Shown here in pieces: positions 8,603-17,810 of a stretch of 64,000 bases of DNA; position 1 is the stretch's first letter, and each line of letters begins with the position of its first letter. The DNA is from Candidatus Latescibacterota bacterium (lineage in GTDB: Bacteria > Latescibacterota > UBA2968), in the NCBI GenBank assembly GCA_965208125.1, contig OZ242320.1, forward strand, positions 992,001 through 1,056,000, given 5' to 3'. Below the pieces are notes generated by a model. It had not been told where the DNA came from. It did not search any database and saw nothing but the letters and a program-made list of their open reading frames with translations. The position numbers were made by a program, and so were the translations under genes.

Positions 8603-9733
8603 ATACCTGCTAAGAAACCACAGTCCAGGAATGTAGATCACCCCAACACGCCCGCACCGCTGCGCGTTTGGGCGAGGCTCCTCTGGGGTCAGGACGGGGT
8701 GAGGGTCGCGCCCCAGCACCGGGGACGAGTGAGGCGAATTCTCCTTGGCTCGGCCCTGATGGTACCGCTACGCTTGATCGAAAAGATGCGCTACGGGCGC
8801 GCCGTGGCTCGGACTAAGATCGCGCATCCACCGATCTTTATCATCGGCCATGCCCGCTCGGGCACGACGCACTTGCACTATCTCCTGACGCGCGATCCGC
8901 AGTTCGCAATCGTCTCGATATTCCAAGCCGCCGTCCCGACATTCTTTCTGATCGGTCGCGGTTGGATCAAGCGTTTCATGGCCAAGCAGCTCGGGTCGAA
9001 ACGCCCGCAGGATGATGTCAAAATAACTATGGACATGCCGAACGAGGAAGAATTTGCGATTGCCAATTCCTCTGAGCTATCCTTTGTTCACTTCCTTACA
9101 TTCCCATCCAAGACGATGGAGTACCTTGAAAAATATGTCTTCATGAGGGGGCTAACCGATCAGCAACTGGCACGCTGGGATGCCGTCATCACGGACATCA
9201 TTAAAAAAGCCACATTTGCGGGCGGCGGAAAGCAGTTGGTACTCAAAAGCCCCACCAACACCGGCCGAATCCCCCACATCCTGCGCCTTTTCCCCAATGC
9301 GAAGTTCGTTCATATCGCAAGAAATCCATGCGATGTCTATTACTCGACAAACCATACATTCAGAAAGATGTTTGAGTTGTTCCTGCTGGAGGAGCATCCA
9401 GGCGATGTTGCGGATTTCGTCATCACCAAGTACAAGGCTCTAATGGAACAATACCTGAAAGACAGAGCTTTGATCCCGGAAGGCAATCTGGCGGAAGTGA
9501 AGTACGAGGACCTCGTAGCTGATCCGTTGGGCGAACTGGAACGCATCTACGCGGCCCTCGGATTGTCCGGTTGGGAAAGCGGAGGGAAGCAAGCGGTCGT
9601 CGAGTACCTGAGCACGCTTTCGGACTACCAAAAAAATACATTCGAGCCGGACCCTGACGCTATGGAGCGCATCTCACAAGCCTGGCGGTTTGCTTTCGAA
9701 GAATGGAATTATGAACTACCAGTAAAGCTATAG
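8603..9733 (+). CDS. PAPS-dependent sulfotransferase (Stf3-like); start uncertain (ATA 8603 behind GGAG, or ATG 8759)
   Basis: PIFIIGHARSGTTHL 5'-PSB loop; LKSP; AKFVHIARNP 3'-PB; VKYEDLVADP. Confidence 0.85.
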   Translation: MPAKKPQSRNVDHPNTPAPLRVWARLLWGQDGVRVAPQHRGRVRRILLGSALMVPLRLIEKMRYGRAVARTKIAHPPIFIIGHARSGTTHLHYLLTRDPQFAIVSIFQAAVPTFFLIGRGWIKRFMAKQLGSKRPQDDVKITMDMPNEEEFAIANSSELSFVHFLTFPSKTMEYLEKYVFMRGLTDQQLARWDAVITDIIKKATFAGGGKQLVLKSPTNTGRIPHILRLFPNAKFVHIARNPCDVYYSTNHTFRKMFELFLLEEHPGDVADFVITKYKALMEQYLKDRALIPEGNLAEVKYEDLVADPLGELERIYAALGLSGWESGGKQAVVEYLSTLSDYQKNTFEPDPDAMERISQAWRFAFEEWNYELPVKL

Positions 9734-9758
9734 ACCGACCTCAATCTATGTGCCAGTT

Positions 9759-10502
9759 TTAGATGAAATCCCTCGCATTAGCCTCCACCATCACCTCAAC
9801 CGCTGCCAAATGCGCTGCAACGCGCACATCCATCGGCTGTGCTGTCGGGCTTTCTGACGTCACCAGATGCCCTGTATGGCCTCGCTGATACAAAGCGATC
9901 GGTATGCCCTCCCCGTACTTCCGCCTCGACACCTCCATATTGGGATGAATCACCCCATTGACTGCAACCTCGCCCTCAATCTCAGCCTCTTTATTAATCG
10001 GACACACCTGTGCCACCCGCGTCACCATCTTCCGTCCCAGAGATTCTCTGTCCCCAAACATCTCGTACAAATAAAACCCCGCACTCTCCCAATCCTCGTG
10101 CAAATCGATCACACCTGCAAAAACTCGTCCTTCTACAAAACCCTTCAAAATCTCAATCTCGGGCACATCATCGCGCAAAAACGCCCAATTCACATCCACC
10201 TCCTGTGCATTGAGCCGCGCATTGTGAACATAGCTCCACGGGCACAAACACGGAATAACTTCAAAACGCACCCGATCAGCCCAGCGATCCCACTCCCTCT
10301 CTAAAAAAGCCAGCGCGGCCTCTATGCCAGCCGGTTCATCGCCGTGCGTCCCCCCATTGATATACACAACAGGCGCGTCTCCCTTGCCAGCAGACACGCG
10401 CAAAACCGGCAACCCTTCAACCACCCCCAACTCATACACATCAACACCAGACACTGCTTCCACACGCTTGACAACAGCATCGTAATCCCGTTGAACCATC
10501 AC
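9759..10502 (-). CDS. M14 family metallopeptidase / succinylglutamate desuccinylase-like
   Basis: GGTHGDEPAG and IDLHED zinc motifs; ESP catalytic Glu. Confidence 0.85.
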   Translation of the reverse strand: MMVQRDYDAVVKRVEAVSGVDVYELGVVEGLPVLRVSAGKGDAPVVYINGGTHGDEPAGIEAALAFLEREWDRWADRVRFEVIPCLCPWSYVHNARLNAQEVDVNWAFLRDDVPEIEILKGFVEGRVFAGVIDLHEDWESAGFYLYEMFGDRESLGRKMVTRVAQVCPINKEAEIEGEVAVNGVIHPNMEVSRRKYGEGIPIALYQRGHTGHLVTSESPTAQPMDVRVAAHLAAVEVMVEANARDFI

Positions 10503-11458
10503 ATATCCCGAAGCGCGTCAATCACCCGCACGTGAATCTCCCGGGCACTCACCACCACCCCGCGATTGTCTTCCATCTGAGCAGCAGACACAAAATCCAG
10601 CGGCCTGCCAAACATATCGCTCACCTGTCCACCGGCTTCCTCAACAATCAGAGCACCCGCAGCGTGATCCCAGATATTCTCGCGATAATCCGGATATTCT
10701 GGCGACGGCAGCCTCAAATACAACGCCGCATCGCCGCGTGCCACCGCGCCGTATTTCACCTGACTATCCATCCTGAGCGACGGCGAAACAATCCCAACCG
10801 CACGAGCCACCGCTTGCTGTGCATCGAAATCACAGTGTGACGACTCCACGCTCTCTGCAAACCGCCATGCAGGGTCATCAATGCGAACATCAACACCATC
10901 CCCACCTGCAAGAGACATCGCTCGTGTACCCTCTCCCCTAACAGCCACAAATAACACCCCACAATCACCGTCCACCTGATCCATATCCACCGGCAGAGCC
11001 GGACACGCCAGCGCAGCAACCTTCACCTCCCCGCAATCGACGAGCGCCAGCGCCACCGCGTATTGATCCCCGCGCAAAAAACCCTTTGTCCCATCGATGG
11101 GATCGAGCGTCCAGAAACGCTCTGCAACATCCCCATTACCCGCATCAATCCAGTCACAAACCGTATTCTCATCCGCCCGTGCATACGCCCGAACAAACTC
11201 ACACACAGTCTTCCGCATCGCCGTTTGCCCGGCATCCCGAAGCGCCGATGCATCTTCCTCCGCCACAATCGGATCCCCGGGAAAAACCGACTTTAACTGT
11301 CGGCACACAAGCGCCTGCGAGCCAAAATCCGCAACCGTCACCGGACTGCGATCCTCCTTCTCCATCGCCCCAACAAGTGATTTTCGCACATCCACACAAA
11401 GCCGCGCAGCCTCGCGCACAGCCTCAACAGCGACCTCCCGTTCCCGATCATATCCCAT
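10499..11458 (-). CDS. 3'(2'),5'-bisphosphate nucleotidase (HAL2/CysQ-like PAP phosphatase)
   Basis: SPVTVADF, AEE, WTLDPIDGTKGF, MDSQVKY, ENIWDHAAG. Confidence 0.9.
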   Translation of the reverse strand: MGYDREREVAVEAVREAARLCVDVRKSLVGAMEKEDRSPVTVADFGSQALVCRQLKSVFPGDPIVAEEDASALRDAGQTAMRKTVCEFVRAYARADENTVCDWIDAGNGDVAERFWTLDPIDGTKGFLRGDQYAVALALVDCGEVKVAALACPALPVDMDQVDGDCGVLFVAVRGEGTRAMSLAGGDGVDVRIDDPAWRFAESVESSHCDFDAQQAVARAVGIVSPSLRMDSQVKYGAVARGDAALYLRLPSPEYPDYRENIWDHAAGALIVEEAGGQVSDMFGRPLDFVSAAQMEDNRGVVVSAREIHVRVIDALRDM

Positions 11459-11466
11459 AAACACCC

Positions 11467-12366
11467 CTATTTCTTTTGCGCACCAAAATGATCCATCTCG
11501 CCGCGATCAATCCAACCCGGCAATCTAATCTTCTCCGACATCTTCCACGCCGTCAAATAAAGCGAAACCGTAAAACCCGCAGCCCGCTTTGCATGCTTCT
11601 CGGCAAAAGCGCGCACCGCAGGCTCATTCTTCCAATCCACATCATTTGGAATGAGATACTGCTCCATTGCCAGCGCGGCCTCAACCTCACCAAAACTCTC
11701 GTGCATCTGCGCCACAATACCCGCCATCAAACTATCCACAGGCGCGGCAGTCAAACCCTCGGCAATCGCCTCAGGTTCCAGATCCAAATTTTGAAGCAAC
11801 CCATCAATCTTCTCGTGAATGCGCGTCATCGACGACTTGCCATCCACAACGCGACCATTCCAGTGAATCGTCAAATTCAGAGGTTGACAAATCTCCTGAG
11901 CAAAATGCGCCACATACCCGGCGTATATCAGACACTTATTTTGAACAAACGGACTCTCGGGCCACTTGCGAAACTCTGCAAAAGCCAGAGCGAGTTGCTC
12001 GGTATATTCCGCTGTTACGTAAGGCAGTAAACCCACCTGCTCAGGCTTCTTCCCCGACTCTGCACAGCGCCTGCCAAACTCGTACCGCGACGCGGGCAAA
12101 TTCCCCACGTCAAACAGCTCCATATTAAAATAATGAACCGGATGCCCGGCCCGCTCCAGATGAAGCGTACCGCGATTTTTCGCAACATCTGGATCAACAG
12201 CCGCATGAGCCACCATACCCGCACCAGCCCTGAGAAAAGCAGGCGCATCTGCTGGAAGCGCCTGAACAGCCGCCCGCGTCAAAATGCCATGCCCTCGCGG
12301 CCACCAGCCCCAGGCGGACGATCCGAATACAAATAGTGCCAATAATACCATACCCAATCGACGCAT
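11467..12366 (-). CDS. Secreted S1/P1 nuclease / Zn-phospholipase C-like protein, paralog B (altered metal ligands)
   Basis: Signal peptide then WWPRGH; DPD; HFAQEICQPLN; HEKID. Confidence 0.7.
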   Translation of the reverse strand: MRRLGMVLLALFVFGSSAWGWWPRGHGILTRAAVQALPADAPAFLRAGAGMVAHAAVDPDVAKNRGTLHLERAGHPVHYFNMELFDVGNLPASRYEFGRRCAESGKKPEQVGLLPYVTAEYTEQLALAFAEFRKWPESPFVQNKCLIYAGYVAHFAQEICQPLNLTIHWNGRVVDGKSSMTRIHEKIDGLLQNLDLEPEAIAEGLTAAPVDSLMAGIVAQMHESFGEVEAALAMEQYLIPNDVDWKNEPAVRAFAEKHAKRAAGFTVSLYLTAWKMSEKIRLPGWIDRGEMDHFGAQKK

Positions 12367-12385
12367 CGATAATCTCCTTTCTTTT

Positions 12386-13279
12386 CTACTTCCCGTCCCA
12401 AACCTCTCGCTTCACATAATCTGCAATCTCCAAACGCTCGGACAATCGCCAGGCAGTCAAATAAAGCCGAGCAGTAAACCGCGTTGCAGCGCGGGCGCGA
12501 TCTTTTGCAAAAGCGATCACCTCGGCATTTGGGACCCAATTCTCCTCATCATATCTGGGAATATTCGGCCCCATTTCATAAACCCGATCAACCAGTGCAA
12601 ACCCCTCCTCAAACTCCCGCATAATCTCAGACATCACATCATCAAAAGGCGTCACATCCTGATCGCGCGACAAATCCTCGGGTTTCATCTTCAAAAACTG
12701 CACCAACCCATCCACCTTCTGGTGAATACCCCTCTGCAACTTTTCTCCCCCCTCCACCACGCGCCCATCGTAGTGAATCGTCAAATGCAAAGGCTGGCAC
12801 ATATCCTCGGCATAATGCGCGAGAAAACCCGCATAAATCAGGCACTTACTCTGAATATGCGGATTATCGGGCCACTTGCGAAACTCTGCAAAAGCCACCG
12901 CCAGCCGCTCAGTCCACTCATTCACCGCATAGGGAACAAACCCCATCTTCTCGGGCGACACCCCATGCTCATAACACAACTTGACAAACGCGTATCGACT
13001 CGCGGGCAGCGTCTCCACATCGAGCATCTCGCGATCCAAAAAATGCTCGGGATACTCTGCCCCTCGCACCTGCGGCGTACCCCGATTCTTGCCCATATCG
13101 GGATCAATACTCAAATGCGCCACCGTCTTTGCCCCCTGCCTGAAAAACGCGGGAACCTCATCGGGCAAAGCCGCCACAGCGGACAAAGTCAGAATATGAT
13201 GCCCCTCCAGAAACCAGCCTCGAGCAGGAGAACACAACCCTGCTAAAAGCAAAACAGAAACAGCAAATCGTTTGATCAT
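12386..13279 (-). CDS. Secreted S1/P1 nuclease / Zn-phospholipase C-like protein, paralog A
   Basis: Signal peptide then WFLEGH; DPD; EHFLD; HYAEDMCQPLH; HQKVD (full trinuclear Zn ligand set). Confidence 0.75.
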   Translation of the reverse strand: MIKRFAVSVLLLAGLCSPARGWFLEGHHILTLSAVAALPDEVPAFFRQGAKTVAHLSIDPDMGKNRGTPQVRGAEYPEHFLDREMLDVETLPASRYAFVKLCYEHGVSPEKMGFVPYAVNEWTERLAVAFAEFRKWPDNPHIQSKCLIYAGFLAHYAEDMCQPLHLTIHYDGRVVEGGEKLQRGIHQKVDGLVQFLKMKPEDLSRDQDVTPFDDVMSEIMREFEEGFALVDRVYEMGPNIPRYDEENWVPNAEVIAFAKDRARAATRFTARLYLTAWRLSERLEIADYVKREVWDGK

Positions 13280-13319
13280 CACACCTCCTGGGGTAGTGTC
13301 AGCAGTCACACATAAAGAC

Positions 13320-13348
13320 AGCGGAGAAACTCAGAAAGTTTCTCCGCT
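13320..13348 (-). terminator. Hairpin terminator downstream of selC
   Basis: AGCGGAGAAACT-CAGAA-AGTTTCTCCGCT. Confidence 0.65.
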
Positions 13349-13356
13349 ATCAAAAA

Positions 13357-13454
13357 TGGCGGGAATGTGTGGGAATCGAACCCACCAAGCGTGGGGTTAG
13401 CACGCAACAACGGGTTTGAAGCCCGCGGGGGACACCAGTTCCCCATCCACTCCC
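13357..13454 (-). tRNA. selC: tRNA-Sec (UCA anticodon), 98 nt, CCA encoded
   Basis: GGGAGTGG..D-arm with TGGT loop..GCGGG-CTTCAAA-CCCGT, long variable arm, GTGGG-TTCGATT-CCCAC, ACATTCCC-GCCA; 2 nt after the selD stop. Confidence 0.95.
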
Positions 13455-13456
13455 AA

Positions 13457-14500
13457 TCACGCGCGTACCTCAATTTCACCGGGATGTTCTGCAACCACCT
13501 CGCCAATATCTCGAGCCATCACACCGCGCTCAATGAGTGCCCCAAGAAAAGCATCAGCCACATCGGGCGCAAGTGCAATCAGCAGGCCACCAGAAGTCTG
13601 CGGATCAAAAAACAAACGCCTCAAAGACTCGTCAACATCTTCGGCAAACCGCACCGCATGCCCTCGCGCCGCCCGATTGCGCCGCAAACCACCGCCCTCA
13701 CGCCCCTCTGCAATCTGCAAAGCCAGATCGAAACGCGGCACATCAAGAGCACGTATGCAAAACCCAACGCCACTCGCCTCAGCCATCTCCAACCCATGCC
13801 CCAGCAACCCAAACCCGGTAATATCCGTACATCCACCCGCATTATATGCAACCATCTCCTCGGCTGCGACGCGATTCAACTGCACCATAGAATCCACCGC
13901 AACCTGCAAAGCATCTTCATCGATCTCGTCATTTTGATACGCATCCGACATCAAACCCGTACCCAGCGGCTTGGTCAGAATGAGACGATCACCCACCCGC
14001 GCACCCGCATTGGTCTTCACATCGTCTGGATGCACAACCCCCGTCACAGACAACCCGAACTTGGGCTCCACATCCTCCACAGAATGTCCACCCACCAGAA
14101 CTGCGCCGGACTCCGCCACCTTCTCCTGTCCCCCTCTTAAAACCTCGGCAATCACCTCTGGATCGACATCATCACTCGGAAACCCGCAAATATTCAGCGC
14201 AGTAATCGGGCGCCCTCCCATCGCATACACATCGCTCAGCGAATTGGCTGCCGCAATCTGCCCATACGCATGCGGATCATCGACAATAGGCGTAAAAAAA
14301 TCCACCGTCTGAATAAGCGCCACATCCTCAGAAATCCGAAACACACCGGCATCATCAGCCGTATTCATCCCCACCATCAAATCGGGATGCGCCACAGGCG
14401 GCAACTTTTTCAAAATCACATCCAGCACCGCTGGATCGAGTTTCGATGCTCAACCACCGCAACTGACGAGCTGAGTCAATCTTCTACCGCGATACTTCAT
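13457..14500 (-). CDS. selD: Selenophosphate synthetase, selenoprotein (U17, TGA at 14450-14452), 347 aa
   Basis: ATG 14500 gives MKYRGRRLTQLVSCGG-U-ASKLDP, in frame with the 323-aa ORF (DDAGV, QTVDFFTP, GGHS, TDITGFGL, DPQTSGGLL). Confidence 0.95.
14420..14436 (-). promoter_or_regulatory. Putative bacterial SECIS of selD
   Basis: ATCCAG-CGGTG-CTGGAT hairpin, loop about 20 nt 3' of the UGA. Confidence 0.7.
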
Positions 14501-15324
14501 TTTTTCAACTCCTCATCTTCTCTCGCCATCTGTTCCTTTTGCCAGCGATAATCGACCTTGCCATCGTAAAACATCCCGGGGTTCTCTATCGCCCACAACT
14601 GCTTTCGGATTAACCAATTCTTGGGATCCAGAACATACGCGCGCTTTAACTCAGCAATAGCATCTTCGCGCTTGCCCTGTTTCAGCAACACAATAGCGCG
14701 CTGAAATTTCGCATCGGCCTCCTGCTCATCCGCAGTCAGCACGCGGGGTTTCGCACCCTTATCCCCATCGCGCCATGCGCCGGGAATAGCCCCCGTTGTT
14801 ATCCATTCACCCAGTTCTTCGCGCAGCGTCTCATTGTCAATATTAACGCTACCAACACTGCGGACAAGTCGCCCTTCTTCATCCACAAAAATCCCAACCG
14901 GCACGAATTTGACATTATACGCTTTCCCAATCGCGTTATGCTGATCCAGCAATGCGCGATATGTACCACCGGCCTTTTCAACCCAGGGTCTGGCAACCTC
15001 GGCACCCTGGGCATCCTGGGCAATAACCACCACCTCAACCTGTTCACCATACTCCTGATAAAACGCTTGCCATCCAGGCAACTGAGCGCGGCACCCTCAC
15101 CAGGAAGCCCACATAAAAAACGCCGTTTTCTTACCGAGAAAATCACTCGAAGAAATCAGTTCCCCAGAGTATAAATCCGGCAGTATAAACGCAGGCGGCA
15201 CATGCCCAATGCTCAGGCCAACATCATTCAGTCCAGGCTCCAAAGTCTTCACAGATTCCTCCCCTGACAGGGTATGAGCCGACCCATTTATCAACAAGAG
15301 CAACACAAATACTATTTTTTTCAT
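14497..15324 (-). CDS. Exported TlpA/ResA-like thioredoxin-fold selenoprotein (WASW-U-GC, U76, TGA at 15097-15099) with TPR-like C-terminus, 275 aa
   Basis: Track ORFs 15097-15324 and 14497-15081 are in frame across a single TGA; N-terminal signal peptide; stop overlaps the selD ATG. Confidence 0.9.
15064..15088 (-). promoter_or_regulatory. Putative SECIS of the U-G-C protein
   Basis: CGC-TCAG-TTGCC-TGGAT-GGCAA-GCG; loop starts after 20 nt following the UGA. Confidence 0.65.
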
Positions 15325-15461
15325 CTCGTATCCAATCTAACAGAATTTGAACAATGTGCAACACACAAGCTCGTTTTCATCTCGTATCCGGACCCGTGAA
15401 TACAAACCGCCCGGCAATCATCTCACCGAGCGGCTCGAAATGCAACAAGTATTGTATTCCA

Positions 15462-16421
15462 CTAACCGTACAGATGCGCCACATAATCGCCATACCCATT
15501 GTACATTCGGGTCGGCACGCGATCCATCGTCCCGATCAACCGCTCCGTTGCCTGAGACCAGCGCGGATGTGGCACATTGGGATTTACATTAGACCAAAAA
15601 TCGTACTCTGAAGGAGCCACCTTGTTCCAGAACGTCGGCGGTTGCCGTTTCGTGAACTCGATCTTTACAATGGACTTAATACTCTTATACCCGTATTTCC
15701 ACGGCGTCACCAACCGAATGGGTGCCCCGTGCTGTTTGGGCAACGCATGACCGTAAATACCCGTCGTGAGCAACGTCAGTTCATTCGTCGCCTCTTCCAT
15801 AGTCAGCCCCTCAAAATAAGGCCACGGATACCAGGACTGCGTCTTCATGCCCGGTGCCTGATCCGGACGATTGAACGTCACCATCCGCACGTACTTTGCC
15901 GACGACTTGGGCTGCACATAATCGATCAACGCCTTCATCGGAAACCCCGTCCACGGCACCGTCATCGCCCATGCCTCCACGCACCGAAACCGATACACGC
16001 GCTCTTCCAGTGCGAACCGCTTGAGCAAATCATCCAGGTCATACGTCCCGGCCTTCTCCACATAACCCGAAATCTCGATCTCCCAGGGACGCACCTCAAA
16101 CTTATCCGTCAACTCGTGGACCTTGCCCTTATTCGTAGTAAACTCGTAAAAATTATTGTATCGTGCGGCGACCTTCTCCCGCGTCAATTCCCGCTCAACC
16201 GTGTACGCTTCATTCCGCTTTGCCGGATACAAACCCGGCAGCGATGGGGGAACTTCCACCTCAAACTCATCTTCTGCTGTCGCGCAGCCCGCGCCAATCA
16301 CCGCACTCGCGCCCGCAACACCTATAGCCTGCATAAAGCGCCGCCGATTCAGGTAAATATGTTCGGGCGTAACCTCGCCTTCGGGCAACTGCCAGCCTTT
16401 GGGAATATGGATAAAAGCCAT
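15462..16421 (-). CDS. msrP: Protein-methionine-sulfoxide reductase catalytic subunit MsrP (Mo-cofactor; Tat signal with lipobox)
   Basis: NRRRFM Tat motif, IGAGC, YNNFYEF, FRCVEAW, GAPIRLVTPWKYGYKSIKSI, HPRWSQATER. Confidence 0.95.
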   Translation of the reverse strand: MAFIHIPKGWQLPEGEVTPEHIYLNRRRFMQAIGVAGASAVIGAGCATAEDEFEVEVPPSLPGLYPAKRNEAYTVERELTREKVAARYNNFYEFTTNKGKVHELTDKFEVRPWEIEISGYVEKAGTYDLDDLLKRFALEERVYRFRCVEAWAMTVPWTGFPMKALIDYVQPKSSAKYVRMVTFNRPDQAPGMKTQSWYPWPYFEGLTMEEATNELTLLTTGIYGHALPKQHGAPIRLVTPWKYGYKSIKSIVKIEFTKRQPPTFWNKVAPSEYDFWSNVNPNVPHPRWSQATERLIGTMDRVPTRMYNGYGDYVAHLYG

Positions 16422-16451
16422 CGCATGCCTCCAATTTTTTTTAACGGAGAA

Positions 16452-17759
16452 TTACCGCTGATCCATCGCCACATAATCGCGCTTATCTGCCCCGGTATAA
16501 ATCTGGCGCGGGCGGGCGATCTTCTGTTCACTATCCCCCAGCATCTCTTTCCACTGCGCCAGCCAACCGCACGACCGTCCCACCGCAAATAACACCGTCA
16601 TCATCCGCGTGGGCAATCCAATCGCCTGATAAATAATACCCGAATAAAAATCCACATTGGGATACAACTGACGCGAAATAAAATACTCCTCCTGCAGGGC
16701 AATCCGCTCCAACTCCAGCGCAATATCAATCAGGGGATTTTTACCCGTCACCTCAAACACACTATACGCGGTCTCTTTGACAATCGCCGCCCTGGGATCG
16801 TAATTCTTGTAAACCCGATGCCCAAACCCCTGCAACACCACCTCTTTATTTTCTACCCGCTCGATATAAGCCGGCACCTTATCCACCGAGCCGATCTCAT
16901 TGAGCATATTGAGCACGGCTTCATTCGCGCCCCCGTGTGCCGGACCGTAAAGCGCCGCTGCTGCACCGGCCATAGATGAATACGGATCTGCCCCTCCACT
17001 GGCAATACCCCGCATGATACTGGTAGATAAATTCTGACCGTGATCGGCGTGCAAAATGAGCAGCACTTCCAGCGCGCGCTCGAGCACCGGATCAGCCCGA
17101 TACGCCTCCCCCTCCGTGCCAAACAACATATTCAAAAAATTGCCGTAAAACCCCAACCCGGGATCTGACGACACATAAGGCAGACCCGCACTGCGGCGAT
17201 GCACCGCAGCACCTATGGTCGCAACATTGCCGATCAGACGACAAATATGACGAATCTGTGCCTCTTCGGTTCCAAAATCTCCCTCATCGTCGTAAAAAAC
17301 CGACAGCCCCCCCAGCGCACCCACCAGCATACCCATCGTATGAGACCCTTTGGGAAAACCATCGATAAAAGACAAAATATCGTCTGAAATCACCGTTTGA
17401 GAATTTACCTGCTCGGAAAATCCATCCAATTGATCGCGGCTGGGCAACTCGCCATAAACCAGTAAATAAGCCACTTCGAGATACGAAGACCCCGCCACCA
17501 ACTGCTCAATGGGATACCCGCGATAGCGCAAAATCCCCTTCGCCCCATCGATATACGTAACCGCACTGCTGCAAGACGCCGTATTGACATACGACGGGTC
17601 GTATCCCAAAAGGCCAAAATCATTATCCGAACCCTTGATTTGGTTCAAATCTGCCGAACGCACATGGGCACCGTCCTCAGAATACGTGCCATAAGTAATA
17701 GGTAAATCATACGTTTCATCTGTCCGATTATCAATAACTTTAAGTGAATCCTTGCTCAT
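16452..17759 (-). CDS. gltA: Citrate synthase
   Basis: YIDGAKGILRYRGY, HADH, GPAHGGANE, GFGHRVYKNYDPR, YPNVDFYSG. Confidence 0.95.
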   Translation of the reverse strand: MSKDSLKVIDNRTDETYDLPITYGTYSEDGAHVRSADLNQIKGSDNDFGLLGYDPSYVNTASCSSAVTYIDGAKGILRYRGYPIEQLVAGSSYLEVAYLLVYGELPSRDQLDGFSEQVNSQTVISDDILSFIDGFPKGSHTMGMLVGALGGLSVFYDDEGDFGTEEAQIRHICRLIGNVATIGAAVHRRSAGLPYVSSDPGLGFYGNFLNMLFGTEGEAYRADPVLERALEVLLILHADHGQNLSTSIMRGIASGGADPYSSMAGAAAALYGPAHGGANEAVLNMLNEIGSVDKVPAYIERVENKEVVLQGFGHRVYKNYDPRAAIVKETAYSVFEVTGKNPLIDIALELERIALQEEYFISRQLYPNVDFYSGIIYQAIGLPTRMMTVLFAVGRSCGWLAQWKEMLGDSEQKIARPRQIYTGADKRDYVAMDQR

Positions 17760-17810
17760 CACAAGCCCCTTTCTCATAATCCACCCATTTGGAGGAGAAT
17801 TGTTCTGCTA

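Noticed and set aside
11467-13356. Genomic island integrated at selC
   Set aside because: No integrase, no duplicated tRNA 3' end seen, and downstream genes have core-like composition
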